Positions 7,436 through 15,579 of a stretch of 39,282 nucleotides of DNA are shown in pieces. The position numbers and the translations under genes are program-made. Source of the stretch: an uncultured Christensenella sp. Lineage in GTDB: Bacteria; Bacillota; Clostridia; Christensenellales; UBA1242. Under the pieces are notes generated by a model. It ran no database searches. It was not told the DNA's origin and saw only the letters and a program-made list of their open reading frames with translations. The stretch is from positions 1 through 39,282 of the forward strand of contig CAOKRZ010000001.1 in assembly GCA_948471335.1 (NCBI GenBank), given 5' to 3'. Each line of letters opens with the position of its first letter. Position 1 is the first letter of the stretch.

Positions 7436-9850
7436 ATGGACTTTAAGGCAATTGAAGAAAAATGGCAAAAGAGATGGGAAAAAGAAAAGCCTTTCAAGGC
7501 GATTGATTTCCACCCAACAAAACCTAAATTTTATGTTTTATACGAATTTCCAAACATCAGCGGAACGAAACTTCATATGGGGCATTTGAAAGGCACTATT
7601 CCTGCGGATGTGCTTGCAAGATACAAGCGTTTTAAGGGGTATAACGTGCTTTTCCCAATTGGTGGAGATTCATTTGGACTTCCAGCAGAAGCCGCAGCCA
7701 TTAAAACTGGGATTGACCCAGACATCTTTGTAAAAAATGGGATCGCTGCTTTTAATGAACAATGGAAACAAATCGGCTTGTCTTTTGACTTTGATAGATA
7801 CATCTCAACAAGTGACCCAGAGTATTATAAATGGACACAATGGATTTTCTTGCAACTATTCAAAAATGGCAAGGCATACAAGCAAAGAGGTTTTGTAAAC
7901 TTCTGCCCAAATTGCCAGACAGTGCTTTCAAATGAAGATAGTCAAGGCGGCAAGTGTGACCGTTGCGGCGGGGCAGTTGTTCAAGAAGAACGTTGGGTTT
8001 GGTTCCTCAAAATGAAAGAATACTCAGAAAAACTTCTTGAAAATGTTGACCGTATTCACATGGCAGAGCACCTTAAAGAAGCGCAAAGAAACTGGATTGG
8101 AAGAAGCGAAGGTATGCAGGTTGCTTTCGACCTTTTTGAAGACAACGGAAACAAACTTGGCAAAGTTGAAATCTTCACAACTTGTATTGAAACAATCTAT
8201 GGAATAACTTTCCTTGTTCTTGCACCTGAAATTGACCTTATTGACAAATATAAAGACAAAATTAAAAATATGAACGAAGTCCTTGCATATCGCAAACAAA
8301 CTTCTCTTAGAAGTGAATTTGACCGTATGAGTGACCTTAAAGAAAAAACTGGTTGCAAACTTGAAGGGCTTTATGTTGTCAACCCTGTAAATAACACAAA
8401 AGTTCCACTTTACCTTGCTGATTTCGTTCTTGCAGGTTATGGCACAGGCTGCGTTATGGCGGTGCCAGCAGGAGACCAACGTGACTATGACTTTGCAAAG
8501 GCTTTTAATCTTCCAATTATTCAAATCATGGAAGGTGACATTTCTGAACATGCTTTGGAGAAAAAAGAATATCTTGCAAAGAACAGTCGCCTTATGAACA
8601 GTCAAGAGTTTTCTGGAATGCCAGTTCTTGAAGCAAAGAAAAAGATTTCTGAAAAAGTTATTGCAATGGGAGTTGGCAAAAAACAAGTCAACTACAAAAT
8701 GCAAGATTGGTCTTTCAATCGCCAACGTTATTGGGGAGAGCCATTCCCAATTGTTTTCTGCGACCACTGTGGAACTGTTGCCCTTAATGAGAAAGATTTG
8801 CCTCTCATCTTGCCAAAGACAAATGACTATACACCAAGTAACAATGGCGACTCTGCGCTTTCAAAAGTCACTGATTGGGTGAATTGCAAATGTCCAAAAT
8901 GTGGCAGACCTGCCCGTCGTGAAATTGACACTATGCCAAATTGGGCTGGATCAAGCTGGTATTGGCTTAGATATATGGACCCTCACAACGACAAAGCCCT
9001 TGTTGACTTTGAAAAGGCAAAATATTGGGGCAGCGTAGACGTTTATACAGGCGGAACAGAACATATCACACGTCACGTTTTGTATTCTTTCTTCTGGCAG
9101 AATTTCTTGTATGAAATCGGGGCAGTGCCAACTCGTGACCCATTTGTTCGCAAAATGGGCAGCGGACTTATCCTTGACGACCAAGGCAAGAAAATGAGCA
9201 AAAGCTCAGCAAACGGTGTTTCTCCAATGGAAGTTATTGAAAAATATGGCGTTGATGCGACAAGACTTCACTTGAACTTCCTTGGCGGATATGAAGACAA
9301 CACTCCTTGGACTTATGAAGGTATCACTGGTATCACAGCCTTCCTTGACCGCGTGTGGAATTTGCAAGAAATGGTTAAAGGCGAAGAAGTTTCAAAAGAG
9401 CATATCTATGAACTGAACAGACTTATCAAAAAAGTCGGCGAAGATTATGAAGATTTCAAACTTAACACTGCAATTTCAGCGTTTATGATTTTTGTTAAGA
9501 AGGTGAGAGAAGATGGTTTCATCACAAAAGATGAGCTTCGTGCTTTCCTTGTTCTTCTCAATCCTCTTGCACCTCACATTACAAGTGAAATGTTTGAGAA
9601 GGTGTTTGGCAGTCAAATCCTTGACGAAAAGTGGCCAGTGTATGACGAGAAATTTTTGGTTGAAGACACACTCTCTCTTCCAGTGCAAATAAACGGCAGA
9701 TTTGCAAGAACAATTTCTGTTTCAAGGACAATCTCACAAGATGAACTATTGAAAGAAATTACTTCAAATCATTCTGACCTTTGCGCTGATGCAAGCACTC
9801 TTAAAAAAGTTATCTATGTGCCAGGCAAGATTGTCAACCTTATTAAATAG
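7436..9850 (+). CDS. leuS: Leucine--tRNA ligase
   Basis: 804 aa with HMGH (KLHMGHLKG) and KMSKS (GKKMSKSS). It has zinc-binding Cys pairs (CPNC...CDRCG). The RBS is aaggag. Confidence 0.95.
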   Translation: MDFKAIEEKWQKRWEKEKPFKAIDFHPTKPKFYVLYEFPNISGTKLHMGHLKGTIPADVLARYKRFKGYNVLFPIGGDSFGLPAEAAAIKTGIDPDIFVKNGIAAFNEQWKQIGLSFDFDRYISTSDPEYYKWTQWIFLQLFKNGKAYKQRGFVNFCPNCQTVLSNEDSQGGKCDRCGGAVVQEERWVWFLKMKEYSEKLLENVDRIHMAEHLKEAQRNWIGRSEGMQVAFDLFEDNGNKLGKVEIFTTCIETIYGITFLVLAPEIDLIDKYKDKIKNMNEVLAYRKQTSLRSEFDRMSDLKEKTGCKLEGLYVVNPVNNTKVPLYLADFVLAGYGTGCVMAVPAGDQRDYDFAKAFNLPIIQIMEGDISEHALEKKEYLAKNSRLMNSQEFSGMPVLEAKKKISEKVIAMGVGKKQVNYKMQDWSFNRQRYWGEPFPIVFCDHCGTVALNEKDLPLILPKTNDYTPSNNGDSALSKVTDWVNCKCPKCGRPARREIDTMPNWAGSSWYWLRYMDPHNDKALVDFEKAKYWGSVDVYTGGTEHITRHVLYSFFWQNFLYEIGAVPTRDPFVRKMGSGLILDDQGKKMSKSSANGVSPMEVIEKYGVDATRLHLNFLGGYEDNTPWTYEGITGITAFLDRVWNLQEMVKGEEVSKEHIYELNRLIKKVGEDYEDFKLNTAISAFMIFVKKVREDGFITKDELRAFLVLLNPLAPHITSEMFEKVFGSQILDEKWPVYDEKFLVEDTLSLPVQINGRFARTISVSRTISQDELLKEITSNHSDLCADASTLKKVIYVPGKIVNLIK

Positions 9851-9870
9851 GGTATATAAAAATACTAACA

Positions 9871-9904
9871 AAAAAAATCACGACTTAAGTGTCGTGATTT
9901 TTTG
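9871..9904. terminator. Bidirectional terminator between convergent leuS and the 9937-10455 gene
   Basis: Stem atcacgac (9877-9884) / gtcgtgat (9891-9898) with loop ttaagt. An A-run lies upstream and a T-run downstream. Confidence 0.75.
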
Positions 9905-9936
9905 TGCTTTAAGCATTTTTTTAACAATTTCTAATA

Positions 9937-10455
9937 TTATTCTTTGTTTTCAACTTCTTCTGATTCAACAACGATTTCATCGTTTTCTTGAGTTTCGTCG
10001 TTTACTTCAGTTTCTTCTTCGCTTTCTTCATTTTCTTCTGTTTGAGTGTAGGCGAGAAGCTTTTGTTCTTTTTCAGCTTTCTTTGCGGCTTTCTTTGCTT
10101 GTTTTTCAGCTTTTCTTCTTTCCATTTCTTCTTCAGTAAGGTTGAAATATCTTGTGTAGAGCGCCTTTGAAACGATCACGACCATAAATACGATAATGGC
10201 AGAAAGAACGATTGAAACGATCACGTTGACAATGTCATTGCTTCTGAATCCATCTACAAAGCTGAAGATAAGGAAGAACCAGCCAACCATTGCGATGAAT
10301 GGGAAAATAAGTGTCATTGTCACCATGGCTGCTTTTGACTTAACGCGCCCTGCGAATCTGAAAGCGAAAACGCTCATTCCAAGAGAAAGCACTGAGAAGA
10401 CAAGTCCGATTATAAATGCTGCAATTTGAGAAATACTCATCATATCAAAATTCAT
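9937..10455 (-). CDS. Hypothetical integral membrane protein with Lys/Glu-rich and acidic C-terminal tail
   Basis: I take the start at ATG 10455 (MNFDMMSIS...), 5 nt after ggagg. The upstream TTG at 10467 sits inside the RBS. It has about four hydrophobic helices followed by KAEKQAKKAAKKAEKEQK and an E/D-rich tail. Confidence 0.6.
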   Translation of the reverse strand: MNFDMMSISQIAAFIIGLVFSVLSLGMSVFAFRFAGRVKSKAAMVTMTLIFPFIAMVGWFFLIFSFVDGFRSNDIVNVIVSIVLSAIIVFMVVIVSKALYTRYFNLTEEEMERRKAEKQAKKAAKKAEKEQKLLAYTQTEENEESEEETEVNDETQENDEIVVESEEVENKE

Positions 10456-10478
10456 AAAATCCTCCAATTTCTAAGCCA

Positions 10479-10507
10479 AGTTTAGCACATTTTTTATTAT
10501 TTGTCAA
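10479..10507 (-). promoter_or_regulatory. Candidate extended -10 sigma-A promoter for the 9937-10455 gene
   Basis: The minus strand reads TTGACA (10502-10507), a 17-nt spacer ending in TGc, then TAAACT (10479-10484). Confidence 0.5.
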
Positions 10508-10588
10508 TATGCTTTTTTTATTTTGCTTAATATTATTATAAAAATTATTTTGTTTTTGCCCTAAGTTCGGGTATACTAATGTTATATT

Positions 10589-11467
10589 ATGACGAAAAAG
10601 AAGCTTTTGTATATCATTTTCGGTGCAATTGCGGCAGTTTTGGCTATAGCAGGTGTGGTGGTCGCATTTTTACTTAACTATGACCAAGTTGTGCCTTCAA
10701 AGGTTGAAATAGTGGCAAATGAGTGTGAAGTTTTTTTCAAAAGCGACTATAACGAAAATTATCACGGCTATCGCTTTTCTTTTCAAAGCGCAAATTCTTC
10801 ATTCACTTATGACAGTGAAAGCAATGTTGTTTCGCTCACTCAAATTGAAGATAAAGTTATAGCAGGTCGGAATTATCAAATTTCTTCATGTTTTCTTGGC
10901 GATAATGAAGGGGGAAACAGCAAATTTAGTGAGCCTGTTTCGTGGACAAGCTATCAGTTTCTTGAAAAGCCTGAGCTTGAATATGACGAAGATAGAAATA
11001 TTTTATCTTGGAACAGCGTAAAAAATGCAGATTATTACAAAGTTTATTATAAAGACACTGAAATTAATAAAAGTGAAAATTTCTTCGACTTATCGCAACT
11101 TGAAGGCGGAGAATATAAGTTTTCAGTTGCAGCATGCTCAAATTTGACAGAATATAAGTTTTCAACATCAGCGGAGATAGAAATAAGCCATATTAAAAAA
11201 TTCCGAGCTTTTGAAAGTATGGAATTTGATAAGGAAACTTTCACTCTAACGCTTATAGGAAGAGATAAACTTAATTTGATTGAAATCATGCTTGAAAACG
11301 AAAACCTTAGAGTTGAAAATTTCGATTTAAAATATGAGCAAGGCAAATATAAATATACCATTGATCTTAAGCTCAAATATAATGGGCAAACAAGAATTGG
11401 CGCTAGGCCGGTCGGAAGAGACAAATTTAATGTTTATGAAGGACAATTTGTCTATCTATTCACATAA
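10589..11467 (+). CDS. Hypothetical membrane-anchored protein with about three beta-sandwich (Fn3-like) repeats
   Basis: 292 aa with an N-terminal TM helix (LLYIIFGAIAAVLAIAGVVVAFLL). An Fn3-like signature ILSWNSVKNADYYKVYYKD is present. The ATG lies only 11 nt after a TATACT hexamer and has no SD. Confidence 0.6.
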   Translation: MTKKKLLYIIFGAIAAVLAIAGVVVAFLLNYDQVVPSKVEIVANECEVFFKSDYNENYHGYRFSFQSANSSFTYDSESNVVSLTQIEDKVIAGRNYQISSCFLGDNEGGNSKFSEPVSWTSYQFLEKPELEYDEDRNILSWNSVKNADYYKVYYKDTEINKSENFFDLSQLEGGEYKFSVAACSNLTEYKFSTSAEIEISHIKKFRAFESMEFDKETFTLTLIGRDKLNLIEIMLENENLRVENFDLKYEQGKYKYTIDLKLKYNGQTRIGARPVGRDKFNVYEGQFVYLFT

Positions 11468-11491
11468 AAACAAAATTAGTAAGACATACTA
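11462..11491 (+). promoter_or_regulatory. Possible forespore (sigma-G/F type) promoter of the ger operon
   Basis: ACATA (11462-11466), an 18-nt spacer, then CATACTA (11485-11491). This compares with the consensus GnATA/G-N17-18-CATnnTA. It lies 21 nt upstream of the gerA-type ATG. Confidence 0.3.
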
Positions 11492-11512
11492 CTTTCAAAA
11501 TAGTGAGGGTGT

Positions 11513-12940
11513 ATGTCTACTTTTATTATTCAAGACAAAATTGATGAGCTTAAGAAAATTCTTCACCAGAGCAGTGATGTTTCTTCGCGTGTGCTTGAGA
11601 AAGGACAAGCCAAGATTGGCTTTTTCTATCTTAAAAGCATGACAGATCAAGAGCTTTTTTCAATGGCAATTTATGAAGCGGCCAAAAACTATGATGGAAA
11701 GGTTGATATCGAGACGCTTGAAAACCAAATAATTCAAGGAAACGACGTAAAGAAAATCAAAGAAAAAGAAATAGTTGAAAATGTGCTTAAAGGTGGAGTC
11801 ATCATCTTCGTTGAAGGGGAAGAAGAAATTCTATCGGTTGATCTTTTGAAGTTTCCAACAAGAACGCCTTCCGAGCCGCCAACTTCGCCTGTTATTCAAG
11901 GACCGAGAGAAGGATTTGTTGAAGATCTCAAAACAAATGTGACGCTTCTCCGCAGACGACTTATGTCAAAGGATCTTGTTTTTAAATCGTTGAATGTGGG
12001 CAAATATTCAAACACTCAAATCATGGTTTCGTATATTGACGGAATTGCTGACAAAAAAATTGTTGATCAAGTTATTTCAAAGCTTAAAAAAATTGATATT
12101 GGCGGCGTGGTTGACTCTTTTTACATTTTGACGTTTTTGGAGCGTCGCCCTGATTCACTTTTTAAACAGATCGGAAACACTGAAAAACCTGATATCGTTG
12201 CAGCGAAAATGCTTGAAGGAAGAGTGGCAATCATTGTTGACAACTCGCCAATTGTTTTGACCGTCCCTTTCATCTTGCTTGAAGAAATGCAGTCAAGCAA
12301 TGATTATTACACAAATCACCATTATTCATCCTTCGTACGCGTTATCCGTTTGCTTGGGCTTTTGGTGGCAATAATGCTTCCAGGTATATATCTTGCTTTA
12401 GAGCTTCATCACTACAACATTTTGCCTCTCAATTTCCTTATAACCATTGCCGACACAACGCAAGGCCTTCCATTTACACCTTTCTTTGAAATTTTGTTTA
12501 TTTTCATTTTGTTTCAAATGCTTTATGAGGTCAGCCTAAGGCTGCCAAGTTATCTCGGGCTTGCGACCTCTGTTGTGGGAGCTTTGATTTTGGGTGACAC
12601 CGGAGTTAAAGCGGGGTTAATTTCGCCTCCAGGGGTTATCGTTGTCGCCCTTGCCAAAATCGCGCTTTACACAATCCCAGAGCAGTCAGCCCAAATTTCA
12701 GTTTTGCAAGTGTTGTTTATTATTATAGGTGGATCGCTTGGCCTTGCTGGGATTGTTTGTGCTTTTATATATTTTGTCAATTATTTAAACGGGCTTGACA
12801 GTTTTGATACTCCGTATCTTGCGCCATACAGTCCAAGAGTTACCAATGACCTTAAAGACGGAATTTTTATAAGCCCAATAACTGAGCTTAAGACTCGGCC
12901 GCGGTCAATAAAAAACAAAAATAAAGTGAGGCTTAAATGA
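11513..12940 (+). CDS. Spore germination protein, GerA family A subunit
   Basis: 475 aa with the conserved core PTSPVIQGPREGFVEDLKTNVTLLRRRL and a C-terminal multi-TM region. The RBS is gaggg. Confidence 0.85.
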   Translation: MSTFIIQDKIDELKKILHQSSDVSSRVLEKGQAKIGFFYLKSMTDQELFSMAIYEAAKNYDGKVDIETLENQIIQGNDVKKIKEKEIVENVLKGGVIIFVEGEEEILSVDLLKFPTRTPSEPPTSPVIQGPREGFVEDLKTNVTLLRRRLMSKDLVFKSLNVGKYSNTQIMVSYIDGIADKKIVDQVISKLKKIDIGGVVDSFYILTFLERRPDSLFKQIGNTEKPDIVAAKMLEGRVAIIVDNSPIVLTVPFILLEEMQSSNDYYTNHHYSSFVRVIRLLGLLVAIMLPGIYLALELHHYNILPLNFLITIADTTQGLPFTPFFEILFIFILFQMLYEVSLRLPSYLGLATSVVGALILGDTGVKAGLISPPGVIVVALAKIALYTIPEQSAQISVLQVLFIIIGGSLGLAGIVCAFIYFVNYLNGLDSFDTPYLAPYSPRVTNDLKDGIFISPITELKTRPRSIKNKNKVRLK

Positions 12941-14181
12941 AAAGGTCAATTTCTGTCAGACAAACTGGCATGCTTTGTGTTATGATGATTTTGGCAAACA
13001 AAATTTTGTTGTTGCCGTCTTTGCTGTATAAAACTGTCAAAACTGATGGTGTTTTCGTTGTAATGGCGCTTTTTCTTGTTGATCTTCTTGTTTTGGGGGC
13101 TTTTTTGAAATTGAAATTTGCCTATCCAGACAAGAAACTTAAAGAAATCCTTGATTGTCATGTTGGAACTATATTAACAAAAATTATCTTTGCTGTTTTA
13201 ATGACGTTTTTCATTTTTAAAGTTTTTTTGACTTACAGCATTGCTTTTATGTATCTTAAACAACAAGTCTATCAAAATGAGTTCACGTTGCTTGCAATTG
13301 TTTGTGTGCTTCCAGTGATAAATCATGCTGTCTTGTCGGGACTTAGAACTTTTTCAAGAACAATTGAACTGTTCTACTATATAGTTGTTGGGCTGTTTAT
13401 GCTATGCCTTCTGATTGCACTTGGCTCATTTAAGCAAAATCCCGCATATTTCATTGCGATGCCAGGTGACTTTGCAATGGCAATCATTAAAAATATTTTT
13501 TCATTTGGTGACTATGTCTTCTTGTTTTTGGTGATAGACAAAATTGAAATCGAGAAAAAAGATGTCAAAAGGCTTTTCAAATATGCCCTTTTTGGGATCG
13601 CGCTTGTCATTTCTTTGTTTTTCATCTATTATTCAATCTATAAAACAACAGCTTTTATGCACAACTATGCCATTGCAGACATCTTGACAATTACTGTTGA
13701 GTTTAATGCCATAGGTAGGCTTGACATTGTTGCAATGGTGACAATCATGATGCTTTCACTTTTTCAAATGGAAATCTTTCATTATGGGTTCTGCGAATGC
13801 TTTGTTGGGATCTTTTCAAAGCTTAACAAAATCTTTGCAGTCGTTGTTTTTGACGTGATGTTTTTGATGATTTATTTCATCCTTATAGGTCAGTATGAAA
13901 CCATGGTGCTTTATGAACAAACTTGGCTTCCATATCTTGGGCTTGTGGCAGATTATGTTTTTGGCATTCTCTGTTTCACGCTTTCATACTTAAGCAAAGA
14001 GAAAAATAAGATCAAAAAAAACAAGCGTGACGGATATGAAGGCGATCATGTTATTGAAAGTCAAGGGGATATGCTGGTCACTGAGGTGGAAGAGCCAGTA
14101 GAGAAGGAAGACCTTGAAACTTTGGCAGAGCAAGGGTTAAATTTGCAAGGAGGCGGCAATGAAGATTCTCAAAACGCTTAA
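12937..14181 (+). CDS. Spore germination protein, GerAB-type permease subunit (B subunit)
   Basis: 414 aa with about 10 TM segments. It starts with an ATGA overlap onto the A subunit, and the N-terminus ISVRQTGMLCVMMILANKILLLPS is typical of spore permeases. A roughly 60-aa acidic C-terminal extension overlaps the next gene by 23 nt. Confidence 0.8.
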   Translation: MKRSISVRQTGMLCVMMILANKILLLPSLLYKTVKTDGVFVVMALFLVDLLVLGAFLKLKFAYPDKKLKEILDCHVGTILTKIIFAVLMTFFIFKVFLTYSIAFMYLKQQVYQNEFTLLAIVCVLPVINHAVLSGLRTFSRTIELFYYIVVGLFMLCLLIALGSFKQNPAYFIAMPGDFAMAIIKNIFSFGDYVFLFLVIDKIEIEKKDVKRLFKYALFGIALVISLFFIYYSIYKTTAFMHNYAIADILTITVEFNAIGRLDIVAMVTIMMLSLFQMEIFHYGFCECFVGIFSKLNKIFAVVVFDVMFLMIYFILIGQYETMVLYEQTWLPYLGLVADYVFGILCFTLSYLSKEKNKIKKNKRDGYEGDHVIESQGDMLVTEVEEPVEKEDLETLAEQGLNLQGGGNEDSQNA

Positions 14182-15454
14182 AAAAACTCCAATGCTTATT
14201 GTTTTTATATTCATTCTTCTTTTTCTAACACCAACGGCGCTTGTTTCACCGGGTGAGAACAGAAACAGGGCGGTTGTAACAGCTGTTGGCATTGATAAGC
14301 TTGACGACGGACTTGAAATTTCTTTTCTTACTTTTATTCCAACTGCCAACCAATCATATAAAGAGACAAACTCGGTCATTTCTGGCAAGGGGAATTCTGT
14401 TGCCGAAGCTGTCTATGAGGCCGAATTGACTTTAGGGCGAAAAATTGGGCTTTCGCACGCAAGAACAACTGTTATTGGCGAGTCAATTCTTGACGAAGAT
14501 ATAACCAAGTATGTTAATTATTTAAGCAGAATTTCTGTGCTTCCAGAAAACTCTGTTATGGTCAGCACAAATGATACGGCAAAAGAATTTTTGATAACTG
14601 CCCAAAGCTTATCGGCAAATATCGGATTGAAGCTTGAGCAGCTTATCCATTTCAACGCCGAAAATATTTTTGTCACCGATACAACGATTGAAAGTTTTTA
14701 TGACGGGTATTATTCAGAAGATCGGGCTTCAATAATTGGCTATCTGGAGCTTGAAAATCTTGAAGGCACTCCTGGGCAAGTTACAACAAGTCAAGACACC
14801 TCTTCAAGCGGTGGCGGATCAGGCGGCTCGGGTGGCTCTGGCGGCGTTTCGGTGCAAGATGGAGAAGTTGGAAGCGGCGTAAGCTGTGGCGACACATCTT
14901 CGCAATAACAATAGCTAATTTGGAACAGAGTCGATACAGTAATTTTTAAAAATGGAAAAAAAGTTTTAAAACTTTCTGTTGAGCAGCTTAATGGAATAAA
15001 CATAATAAATCAAAAAATTTCCAGACAAACAATATTTTTGCCAAATGTGACTGACGGAGTTTACAATGGCGCAGATCTGACATATATATTAAGAAATAAA
15101 CAGGTGCGCACTGCCACAAAATTTGAAAATGGGCATCCAATTTTTAAAGCCTATCTTGTTGCAGGAGTTGAACTTGTTGAAATCAACAATGTTAAGCGTG
15201 CAGAAAAAGTGAACACGGAGTTTAGTGAGATTTCTCCTGTTATTGAAAGCCTGATTCAAGACAAATTGAGAAAAGAGTTTGCGGCCACACTCAAACTTCT
15301 CAGATTAAACAAAGCTGACATACTTGAAGTTCGAGATAAATTTTTGCAAGATAACCGAAAAGAATTTGAAAAATTTTTGGAAAGACTTGAAGATCCAGAA
15401 GACTATTTAAACCACATAACTTTCAAATTTGTTATTGATGTGCAAGCTGACTAA
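14159..15454 (+). pseudogene. Ger(x)C-family germinant receptor C subunit, interrupted by two in-frame stops (TAA 14906-14908, TAG 14912-14914)
   Basis: The N-terminal part (14159-14908) has RAVVTAVGIDKLDDGLEISF. The same frame stays open from 14915 to 15454 and gives the GerAC middle and C-terminal parts (DTVIFKNGKKVLKLSVEQLNGINII...; KADILEVRDKFLQDNRKEFEKF...ITFKFVIDVQAD). The distal part has no ATG or SD. The first ATG has a strong RBS, aaggagg. Confidence 0.65.
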
Positions 15455-15522
15455 ACAAGAGAAAAGAGCGCGAAATTTGCAATAAGAAAATTTGAAAAAT
15501 CTTCAAAACAGCCTCTTTCTAG

Positions 15523-15551
15523 TTGTCTTATCTCTAAAATTGTGATAAAAT
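15523..15551 (+). promoter_or_regulatory. Candidate extended -10 promoter of ftsH
   Basis: TTGTCT (15523-15528), a 17-nt spacer ending in TGa, then TAAAAT (15546-15551). Confidence 0.45.
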
Positions 15552-15579
15552 ATCTATTAGTTATTCAAGGAGGAATATT

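Noticed and set aside
8024-8767. A 247-aa antisense ORF inside leuS. Similar long antisense ORFs occur at 16354-16959 and 16092-16538 (ftsH), 19748-20311 and 19121-19531 (ATPase), 33668-34120 (mfd) and 6120-6617 (rplL).
   Set aside because: The leuS example is codon-aligned antisense, so it only requires the sense gene to avoid TTA, CTA and TCA codons. This genome strongly prefers CTT for Leu. The translations are low complexity, have no RBS or promoter, and look like shadow ORFs of well-supported genes.
14801-14845. The (GGS)n-like stretch with varied codons looked like an engineered flexible linker or synthetic construct.
   Set aside because: There are no flanking vector, tag or restriction-site signatures. 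Natural low-complexity inserts of this kind exist. It is kept only as a natural-insert finding.
14906-14914. TAA/TAG decoded as Gln (ciliate-like or recoded-phage-like code), since the stops sit in a caa-TAA-caa-TAG run.
   Set aside because: TAA and TAG are the regular terminators of cysS, leuS, ftsH, mfd and others in this window. Two C-to-T nonsense changes in a Gln run, or consensus errors, are the simpler explanation.
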